Below are positions 56,659 to 64,000 of a stretch of DNA of 64,000 nt, one piece after another. Within the stretch, counting starts at the first letter, position 1. Each line of letters starts with the position of its first letter. Under the pieces are notes generated by a model. That model was not told the origin of the DNA and did no database searches. It was given only the letters and a program-made list of their open reading frames with translations. The DNA comes from a virus (lineage: Duplodnaviria; Caudoviricetes). The stretch is taken from positions 1-64,000 of the IMG/VR virus record IMGVR_UViG_3300037067_008087. One strand, given 5' to 3'. The translations under genes were made by a program, and so were the position numbers.

Positions 56659-57407
56659 TTCGCTTCAGTTTTTTGTAAATCAAGTTCGCCCTTTTGCATT
56701 ACTATCTGGTCTCTTAATGGGAGCCCTAATTTAGCCACAAGCCCCTGTACAAATTCTGGATGGAAATCTACCGGGTATTCAAGCTCAACCGACAATGAAT
56801 TAACAGTAACAGAAGTTTGCCCTAAGCTTCCAGTCTCCCCGACTCCTAATGCGCGGGATGTTGATGGGGCTAAATACTGTTCTACATCATAAGCGTCTAT
56901 GTAGTAATCAAATATAGGGGTCGCAGGATATTTAAGATAAGCAACGTTTACGCTTGTAATATTTGTGGGATATATCTTAATATTAGCCCCCTCTATAACA
57001 GCCGCCGGTTTCTCTGTTAATGGTGGTTCAAGCAAGTTATCTATCCGCCTGTATAGTTCGTCATGTGATATGAGGTCTATCTTTCTTACTTGTCCATTAT
57101 AAGCGCCATTTGTAACTATCTTTACAATATAAGCAAATGAAGAAAGGCTTGATATTGCGACAACCCCAGTTAAGGGTGTTTGTGTTGACGATGTAATGAA
57201 TGGCCTTAGTACCTTACTAGAGTAAACGAGATCGGGATTTAGAGCTCCAGCTCTTTGATTAACATAAAGTTCCTCTACATTCTTTTTAAAGAACTCCATG
57301 TTGTAATCTGATATTAAAAGATTAAACTCCAATAAATTTAAGGCTCCACCAAAATCATCGGTAGATATAAGGGAGTTTACATAATCATATATTTGCTTTA
57401 GTGTCAT
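56655..57407 (-). CDS. Tail ring/tubular protein
   Basis: 250 aa; paralogous to the next gene (KIYPT..YLKYPATP). Confidence 0.65.
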   Translation of the reverse strand: MTLKQIYDYVNSLISTDDFGGALNLLEFNLLISDYNMEFFKKNVEELYVNQRAGALNPDLVYSSKVLRPFITSSTQTPLTGVVAISSLSSFAYIVKIVTNGAYNGQVRKIDLISHDELYRRIDNLLEPPLTEKPAAVIEGANIKIYPTNITSVNVAYLKYPATPIFDYYIDAYDVEQYLAPSTSRALGVGETGSLGQTSVTVNSLSVELEYPVDFHPEFVQGLVAKLGLPLRDQIVMQKGELDLQKTEAK

Positions 57408-57410
57408 ATC

Positions 57411-58064
57411 TTAGTTCTCCTTTGCCTTTTCTTGATCTAAATAAGCTACTATCTGCCCATTACCCACTTCAAGCCCTACATATTTAAGCATTATACGGAT
57501 AATATCAATATGCTTTTCAGCCCCCCATTGTGGTTGTGTGCTGCTTGCACTATCATATATCTGCGCACCATTCTCCCACTTAACGGCATATACGGCTGGG
57601 GTTGGTCTTTTTAAGTAGACTAGGTTAATGGATGATATTGTCGTAGGCCAAACCCTAACCTGAGTTGCGAATATCTCAGCCATAGGTCTATCTGCTGTAG
57701 GGGCTATAATGGAATTTTCCCTTCTCATTACAGACTCCTGTGATGTTTCAAGTTTAACCTGTTTTGTTTCAGTGCTTAAAACATAGTAGGCGTCTATCCA
57801 GTGTAGGTAATCAGCTGGCAGGCTCCCTACCCCCGTGGTTAAGGCTACTGTTGTAGGATCAGATTTAAAAGGCCTTAAATATTCAGACAGTTGCCATTGG
57901 GTTTCAAACCCGGTTGGCTGGTCTGGATGTCCCCATAATTCAGAGATTAAATCATAGTCAACAATCTTAAGTAAACTGTTAACTTGTTTTATATCTATCT
58001 CGGTAATTTTAGCTGCTTGCTTAGCAAGAAAAGCAAACACCCTAACTATTTCATCAAGCGTCAT
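57411..58064 (-). CDS. Tail ring/tubular protein
   Basis: 217 aa; RVWPT..YLKRPTP. Confidence 0.65.
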   Translation of the reverse strand: MTLDEIVRVFAFLAKQAAKITEIDIKQVNSLLKIVDYDLISELWGHPDQPTGFETQWQLSEYLRPFKSDPTTVALTTGVGSLPADYLHWIDAYYVLSTETKQVKLETSQESVMRRENSIIAPTADRPMAEIFATQVRVWPTTISSINLVYLKRPTPAVYAVKWENGAQIYDSASSTQPQWGAEKHIDIIRIMLKYVGLEVGNGQIVAYLDQEKAKEN

Positions 58065-58112
58065 ATGAAAGTTTTTACAAATTTACACATTCTGTAGATA
58101 ATGGTTTTAAAT

Positions 58113-58144
58113 AAAAAACCCCCCGCTTACACGAAACGAGGGGT
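58113..58144 (-). terminator. Intrinsic terminator
   Basis: CCCCTC...GGGGGG followed by TTTTTT on the minus strand. Confidence 0.7.
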
Positions 58145-58167
58145 GACCATAGTAAACCAAAAACAAA

Positions 58168-59199
58168 CTATGAAGACAAAAATTTAACGATTCTTTCTTT
58201 TGCTATAGCCTCTGAGTCTTTGGGGCTTAACCCTACTTTAAGGTCTCTTGCGGCTTTACGAATTTCCTTCATGTCTTGCAGTCCATCAATGTCTGCTATG
58301 GAATATTTCTTTATCCTGTCAACCCCTACATCAAGACCGAGGTTTTCAAGTTCGGTTTCATGGTTAGCAAAATAAGTCATTAAGATTTCAAATTTCTTTT
58401 CAACCTGCCGTTTGTCAACCCTGCACACTACTTCGTTATTGCCAGCGTATAACCATGCCGACTGATTGGAATCAAACCTGATAATACCATCATGTATTGC
58501 TTTCTGTGCTATAGCCCTGCGCTGCACTTTTGTTCCCATTTCTGTGGCATCATTGATAAACTGCCTGAACCCACGTAGCCCTTTCTCACTCTGCCTCTGC
58601 CCTCTCTCAACCTCATCCCAAAGGCGGGATTTAAGTATATCCATTTGTAGGGTTTCTGCTTTCTGTATCCCCCATGCAGTAGCCAGCATGATTCTATCAG
58701 CGTCAGTAAGATTGCGGTCTTTAAAGATTAAATACTGGACATCAAGCTGATCGCCTCCGCCAAGTTTAGCTATCTTTTCCTTTGCCTCATCAACCGGGTT
58801 ATAAACATAACAACCACATTTACCAACATCAACAACATGCATTAAGAAAAATGCCTTTTCTGTGTCGTTGTTAGGGTCTATCGCTAAGTCATAGTTAACA
58901 AACCAATGTTTAGGTTGATAGTTCCATAGGTCATTGCCGCGTGGAGTGCGTGATTCCGCATACCTCCATTGCTCTACTCCTCTTTCACTCTTAAGAGTCC
59001 ACCTACATGGTATAGTGGTGAATGATGGTCTTAGCTTTACGCCTTTATCATCTTTAAGTAATGGGCTGTCTGTGTTGTATTTTTTTACAACAACATAATC
59101 TGTGAGCCCTCTGATTTCTTTCGCTTTTTCTTGATAAAACTTAACCGCCGGGTTAGTATTATCATTTAGATTCAATAATTGATCGTTAATGTATAACAT
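58168..59199 (-). CDS. Conserved capsid-adjacent protein of unknown function
   Basis: 343 aa, monocistronic, downstream of the capsid gene. Confidence 0.6.
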   Translation of the reverse strand: MLYINDQLLNLNDNTNPAVKFYQEKAKEIRGLTDYVVVKKYNTDSPLLKDDKGVKLRPSFTTIPCRWTLKSERGVEQWRYAESRTPRGNDLWNYQPKHWFVNYDLAIDPNNDTEKAFFLMHVVDVGKCGCYVYNPVDEAKEKIAKLGGGDQLDVQYLIFKDRNLTDADRIMLATAWGIQKAETLQMDILKSRLWDEVERGQRQSEKGLRGFRQFINDATEMGTKVQRRAIAQKAIHDGIIRFDSNQSAWLYAGNNEVVCRVDKRQVEKKFEILMTYFANHETELENLGLDVGVDRIKKYSIADIDGLQDMKEIRKAARDLKVGLSPKDSEAIAKERIVKFLSS

Positions 59200-59335
59200 C
59201 TAGATATTTTTTGGTTTACTGATGCAAAGATAAGAAATATTTAAATACAATTTCCTGAACCCTATAATATATTTAATGCATGATTTTTCATTCTTAATAT
59301 GGCATAATGCTGTTTAGCGTATGATTTTTCATTCA

Positions 59336-59388
59336 AAAAATAAAAGACCGCAAGTTTCGGGGGTGCAGCCCCTACTCCTTGTGGTCTT
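59336..59388 (-). terminator. Terminator after the capsid gene, with a branched loop
   Basis: AAGACCACAAG/CTTGCGGTCTT stem with an inner GGGG/CCCC hairpin, then a T run. Confidence 0.65.
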
Positions 59389-59442
59389 AAATTAGATATT
59401 ATAATATTAACTTTGTGTAGAAAGTTAAAGTATTACTTTAAG

Positions 59443-60924
59443 TTATTTCGCCGACCTCATTAATACCCACTGGTTCACTCCGCCACATATGATCATGTAC
59501 TGTGAAAGCATCCAGTAGTAGAAGCCATGGCTGTCGATAAAGGCATCCTGTCCGGGTATAGCACCGCTAACTCCCTTATTGATTTTCAGCACTTTACGAT
59601 TATTTTCACCGTTGTGGTTAGTATATGCAAGAGTAACATTCGGTATTGATTTAGGAGCGCTGTCGCGGCTAGTCCCGAAAGATTCATACATAACATTTTC
59701 CTGAGGAATACCAATAGCAAGTCTTGGGAACTCATAAAGATATTCACCAGCTGTCATTACACCAGCTCCGCCTGCTTTAGAGAATAGAGGGATAGGATAG
59801 AATACGTTGTCAAGTCCACCGACTGTAACGGCACGTACAACTATTCCCAGACGATTCTTTACATTGTCATAAAGATCAGTTCCGCCTGAAAATTCCTTAG
59901 TCCAACTAAGGCCTGCTTCTTCAAGGTCTCTCATGAACTGATCACCGGCATACCACATCATAGTCCCATTTGCAACGTCCTGTGAAGATGCAAGCTGAGC
60001 TGCGGTGTAAAGGTCATCAAACGATACTGCTGTATCATAGTTATGAGTCTGTGCAAGCTGATCTGCCCACTGATAGATACCGAAACCCGAAGCCCTTGAA
60101 TTACTTCCACCGAAGTCAGAAGTTTCAACAAGGTTAGTATTATCATTCAACTCACCGAACATAATAGCATTTTCTATTACTTCGTTAAGTTTAAATTCAG
60201 CTTCGATAAGTTTGGCATTTGTGAACTTGCCAGTTCCTTCAAGGCCTGTAACATCTTCGTAAGAACGAGCGATAATGTCACCCTCAAATCCAACAGTCCA
60301 TTTTGAAAGGAATGAAGTATGAGTGCGAGTAGTAAAGCTGTCAGTTACTCCTGAAGGCTGCCCAGTACCGCGGGCGAATGTGTTATAAGCTACAAACAGA
60401 TAACTATTAACAGGAACCTCTACTGAAATCTGTGATTTAGTAACGGTTGATCCATTAGAAAGAGGATAGCAGAGCAGTGTGTCATCTTCAAGAACTGTAG
60501 TGCTCATAGAGTGAACCACATAACCCCTTGATGCCAATACTGCTGTGGGTTGGTATTTGGCAGGAATCATAATAACATCACCGACCTTAACCTGATGGTT
60601 ACCGTTAGTGTTGAAGTTATCAGCATGAAGCTGAGCGCTTATTGATCCCCCTGCATCACCAGTAGTTATTGCAGCCCCTAATTTGATTGGATGCTGCGGC
60701 CATGTTTGTTCCACACTTGTAATTGTGGCGTCAGGAACGTCGATAACGCTCCCGAGAATGTTTAAAAGTTCAAGAGCCATAGCGCGGCTGCCGAACTGTT
60801 TGAAAAGTTTGTTGTAAAACTGAGCTTGTAATACAGCGGTATTACTTGTAATGGATAGCCATTCGGCTCCGTAATTGCCAGCTGCAAATTTGCTCGTTAC
60901 ACCATTAACGCTAGAAAGTGCCAT
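59443..60924 (-). CDS. Major capsid protein (crAss-like)
   Basis: 493 aa; size, position after portal and scaffold-like gene, IENAIMFGE...GIYQW segment. Confidence 0.75.
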   Translation of the reverse strand: MALSSVNGVTSKFAAGNYGAEWLSITSNTAVLQAQFYNKLFKQFGSRAMALELLNILGSVIDVPDATITSVEQTWPQHPIKLGAAITTGDAGGSISAQLHADNFNTNGNHQVKVGDVIMIPAKYQPTAVLASRGYVVHSMSTTVLEDDTLLCYPLSNGSTVTKSQISVEVPVNSYLFVAYNTFARGTGQPSGVTDSFTTRTHTSFLSKWTVGFEGDIIARSYEDVTGLEGTGKFTNAKLIEAEFKLNEVIENAIMFGELNDNTNLVETSDFGGSNSRASGFGIYQWADQLAQTHNYDTAVSFDDLYTAAQLASSQDVANGTMMWYAGDQFMRDLEEAGLSWTKEFSGGTDLYDNVKNRLGIVVRAVTVGGLDNVFYPIPLFSKAGGAGVMTAGEYLYEFPRLAIGIPQENVMYESFGTSRDSAPKSIPNVTLAYTNHNGENNRKVLKINKGVSGAIPGQDAFIDSHGFYYWMLSQYMIICGGVNQWVLMRSAK

Positions 60925-60937
60925 AGTAATTTAATTT

Positions 60938-62173
60938 TTATTTTATTCCTAAAAAGTTTTTAACCGCAATGTTGGCTAAATCTGCTTCTGTTGGTTTACG
61001 GTCTGGTGGAGCTTCCTGTGTATTTATTGGGCGTCCATTATATTGATCTTTTCCAACCTGTTCTCTTATTTTAGATAAGACCTCTTTTTTGTATGCCCTA
61101 AAAATCTTCTCCCTATTTTGTAGTTGATAAATTCCACCAACCAGTTCTGCTATAGCCTTAGCGTTCTCTTGCGTAGGTTCTATATTGTTCTGGAGAGCAT
61201 AATCTACAACCATTTTAGGGATTCCTTTTTTAAACTCGGAATCTACCTCAAACGTAAAATCAACAATTTCTTCACCTTTTTCGTCCTTATCTGTTATCTG
61301 AATAGTTTTAACTAAGTCAGCAATTCTATTAGCTTCCGTAGTCCAACCAGTCTTTAGAGATTCTAGACGCTCTTGTGCGGCCTTTAATTGATCGTTTCGT
61401 TGATTGATTATATTATTAAAATCATTTTGAGCCGGTATCTCTACCTTGCTTTTTACAGTATTAAACCTATCTTTTTCGTTTACCGCCAGACGGGAAAGTT
61501 TAAGTTCCTGTTCTGGGGTGAGTTCTATGTCTTCAGCTCTACCAGCTTCCATGAGAATGTCATCATCTACACCTAACTCCTTAAGGATAGACTTCTTAAC
61601 TATATCATCCTTACCAGCAAACTTAGGCGAATCATACTGCCATCCAAGTGATACAACATCAAGGTTTTCCATTGTATTGAGATCACTTCTGGCTATCCTG
61701 TTTGCGGCATATACAACACCCTCATTGGTACTGCCCTTCGCTAAAGCTTTAGCGGTGAGTTCTGCCTTGTAAGCATCAGCGCTGCCAAATTGCTTTATCG
61801 GATCATTAGCCTCGACAAACTTTTTAAACTCATCAACAATAACATTATATGAGTTTTGTAGCTCGTCATGCTGTTTCTTTACCGACTCAAATTCTTTCAA
61901 AGAACTAAATGCGTTTTTCAGGTCTTCTTCACCCTGAATCTCGTATTCTATATTCTGCGACGCCAACCACCCCTTTACTTCATCTACACTCAAGCCCGTT
62001 GGCTGTTGTATAACTGGAGGCGTTTCTACAGGAGCCTGTTCTGTTACAGGAGCTTGATCTGTTGTGGGCGCCGTCTCCGTCACCTGTTCTTCCGTCACCG
62101 GGGGATTCTCTGGAGTTATCTGTTGTAATAGACTCTTGTCAGCTATCCCCTCAGCTAAGTTTATTATGCTCAT
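60938..62173 (-). CDS. Scaffold-like acidic protein
   Basis: 411 aa; Pro/Glu-rich N-terminus; between portal and capsid. Confidence 0.55.
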   Translation of the reverse strand: MSIINLAEGIADKSLLQQITPENPPVTEEQVTETAPTTDQAPVTEQAPVETPPVIQQPTGLSVDEVKGWLASQNIEYEIQGEEDLKNAFSSLKEFESVKKQHDELQNSYNVIVDEFKKFVEANDPIKQFGSADAYKAELTAKALAKGSTNEGVVYAANRIARSDLNTMENLDVVSLGWQYDSPKFAGKDDIVKKSILKELGVDDDILMEAGRAEDIELTPEQELKLSRLAVNEKDRFNTVKSKVEIPAQNDFNNIINQRNDQLKAAQERLESLKTGWTTEANRIADLVKTIQITDKDEKGEEIVDFTFEVDSEFKKGIPKMVVDYALQNNIEPTQENAKAIAELVGGIYQLQNREKIFRAYKKEVLSKIREQVGKDQYNGRPINTQEAPPDRKPTEADLANIAVKNFLGIK

Positions 62174-62229
62174 ATGTCTTGTTTTGGTTTACTGGGTACA
62201 AAATTACAAATATTCTAAATATATGTTTT

Positions 62230-64000
62230 TTATGACATCTGCGGCTGTGCTTCTCCTCCCTGAATTGAGTTCTCTGCCTGTAGCATACTAACATCCGCGC
62301 CACTCTGCGCCATTACTTTAGCTATTATCTCATCTATCGTGTTTTTTGATTTATTATTATCTATCAGCATTTGCGATCTAGTCTTAAGATCATATTCTAC
62401 AGCCATACCTTGTTGCTTCATCTGCTCAATCTGTTTAGCAGTCTGATTCTGTAGCTGAACGGTCTGTTGGTTAATCTGCCCCTGTCTGTCAATGGCTTCC
62501 ATCTTTTCTTTATGCAACCTCTGTCTGTCTTTCTCTACCATCTTCTTAAGAACAGACCTTATCTCACTGATATTACAACCTGCAAATATCTGTTCCTTGA
62601 CATACATAGCCTGATCAGGAGTTAGTCCCGGCTGCCCATTTCTTCCATTCTCTAAAGCCAAGTCAACCATCTGTGAAAGAGTTTGTCTTTCCGCCATGCT
62701 CGGTCTAGCCCTTAATGTTATACCCATTTGTATAGGAAGGAGGGTGGAATCTGCTATAACTGATATATTAGCCTTGCCTATAACCTTTTCATATTCAGCT
62801 TTGCCTATGTCATCATATTTAATTATGCACTGTACCATTGTAGAACTTACCTCAGCCAGCTGTTCTTTTAGCTTCTTAGAACAATCTAATACAGGGCGTA
62901 GTGAAGCCTGAGCGCTTTGTAATGACATCTCGCTAACGCCTACAGCCGTATCTGTCTTGGGAGTGGCGCCTATCATGAGAAGGGGTATGCCGGTTAGGTT
63001 CTCGGCGAACTGAACACACCACTGGAGCCATTGCATATAAGGCTCAACCAACTCCCTGATATTACCCGGGACATACTGAATAGGGACTGGGTTCCCGGCA
63101 ACGCCCATACCATTTATCCCTGTTGTCTTATAGAAAAAGAAATTACCCTCTATAAAGCCTTTTATTACATTAAGTGGATTAAATTTCTTTGGGTCATTCA
63201 TCATCAATCTGGTCACGTCTACGGCATAACCACCTTCAGTAGCCTTGCCTATGCCATTCATTAAACGCACCCATGAAATGTGGAACACGTCAGCTACCAT
63301 CTTTAACCTATGAACAATAGCCTTTGTATCCCCTATTAACTTAACGCCTTGCACTGGGAATATAGGGTCTTTACCCACAATACCCTGATTAGGATATAAG
63401 CCATAATTATATACCCATTTAGAGCCCACTAACCAACTGCACCTGTAAAGCCTTCTTCTCCTTATATTCCTTACCTGTTCTCTATCACCTAACTTCTCTA
63501 TGCCTTCTTCTGGCATATCATATATTCTTGTTTTACCGTTTTTCTTAGTGTAAACTATTTCTTTTTTATTATCTACATCCCGCCAATACCCATGGAGTTC
63601 CAAAACTTTATAACTGCCGTAATCAATATTCTGTCTTTTGGCATCACTGAATGAGGACGGCAACTCCGGATTGCCGAACATCCCCTTGTAATCCTTGGCT
63701 AGTTCATATATTTCTTCTTCTGTTATACCCGTTTTCTCGCCATCGCTCATCATGTGTGATTTAGCCCTAAGCTCTGTAAGTGTAGTCCATTTCAGATAAC
63801 CCCCAAAATCCACATCTGAAAAATCTTCTTCATTTGAATACTGCATTATAACATTCTTAGGGTCTATGTACTCCCATTTAACTTTATGTGTTGCGTCATC
63901 ATATTTAACATGAGAAAATGCATATCCAAATGTTAATAAATCCCTCTTGGCTTTGGGGTGTATGTTGTTATCCCATTTCGAAAACGCTTCTGTGTGTGAT
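62230..64000 (-). CDS. Portal protein, 5' truncated by the window edge
   Basis: Frame stays open from 63846 to the edge (...KWEYIDPKNVIMQYSNEEDFSD...); TGIPLLMIG..P motif. Confidence 0.75.
   Translation of the reverse strand, partial: SHTEAFSKWDNNIHPKAKRDLLTFGYAFSHVKYDDATHKVKWEYIDPKNVIMQYSNEEDFSDVDFGGYLKWTTLTELRAKSHMMSDGEKTGITEEEIYELAKDYKGMFGNPELPSSFSDAKRQNIDYGSYKVLELHGYWRDVDNKKEIVYTKKNGKTRIYDMPEEGIEKLGDREQVRNIRRRRLYRCSWLVGSKWVYNYGLYPNQGIVGKDPIFPVQGVKLIGDTKAIVHRLKMVADVFHISWVRLMNGIGKATEGGYAVDVTRLMMNDPKKFNPLNVIKGFIEGNFFFYKTTGINGMGVAGNPVPIQYVPGNIRELVEPYMQWLQWCVQFAENLTGIPLLMIGATPKTDTAVGVSEMSLQSAQASLRPVLDCSKKLKEQLAEVSSTMVQCIIKYDDIGKAEYEKVIGKANISVIADSTLLPIQMGITLRARPSMAERQTLSQMVDLALENGRNGQPGLTPDQAMYVKEQIFAGCNISEIRSVLKKMVEKDRQRLHKEKMEAIDRQGQINQQTVQLQNQTAKQIEQMKQQGMAVEYDLKTRSQMLIDNNKSKNTIDEIIAKVMAQSGADVSMLQAENSIQGGEAQPQMS

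Noticed and set aside
59408-59415. Plus-strand TAACTTTG as an antisense promoter into the capsid gene
   Set aside because: A single 8-mer in AT-rich DNA with no supporting element; cannot be separated from chance
1-64000. Genome-wide TGA or TAG reassignment to explain the MTase stop
   Set aside because: Many genes end in TGA with ATGA coupling and long ORFs are intact under the standard code
1-64000. Complete DGR, retron, intron or intein
   Set aside because: No reverse transcriptase motif, no TR/VR pair, DnaB is of normal length, and no other split gene was seen

Overview
The window is part of a large, AT-rich tailed dsDNA phage genome. A Bacteroidota host is inferred from TAnnTTTG promoters, A-rich ribosome-loading regions without Shine-Dalgarno sequences, and signal peptides cleaved before Gln. 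It has three transcription blocks. (1) 1-8.4 kb, minus strand: small accessory genes, a Cys-Ser-x repeat protein, an HNH nuclease, and a C5 DNA methyltransferase with an overlapping second-frame subunit and an in-frame TGA inside its catalytic motif. A divergent non-coding region at 8.4-9.3 kb holds a dif-like site and 21-bp-phased repeats in front of a promoter. (2) 9.3-32.9 kb, plus strand: early genes, an M20/M28 peptidase, an amino-MTase, a transglycosylase, DUF932, DnaB, a PD-(D/E)XK nuclease and a ~9.6-kb glycan-modification cluster (Stealth-like, STELLO-like, GT2, methyltransferases, a methyltransferase-radical SAM fusion, and a 1426-aa six-domain GT/FkbM/GT25/GT11/GT/GT protein). (3) 33-64 kb, minus strand: an atypical tRNA-Thr, lysis-like membrane proteins, four fibre/depolymerase-like genes that carry Sec signal peptides, ejection proteins, and a Crassvirales-like muzzle, ring, capsid and portal module (portal cut by the window edge). 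The leading candidate system is export of tail-fibre-like proteins bearing Bacteroidota O-glycosylation sequons, paired with a phage-encoded glycan assembly line. Also notable are 3'UTR/small-RNA segments complementary to translation-start regions. All annotations come from motif reading by eye; no database search was run.
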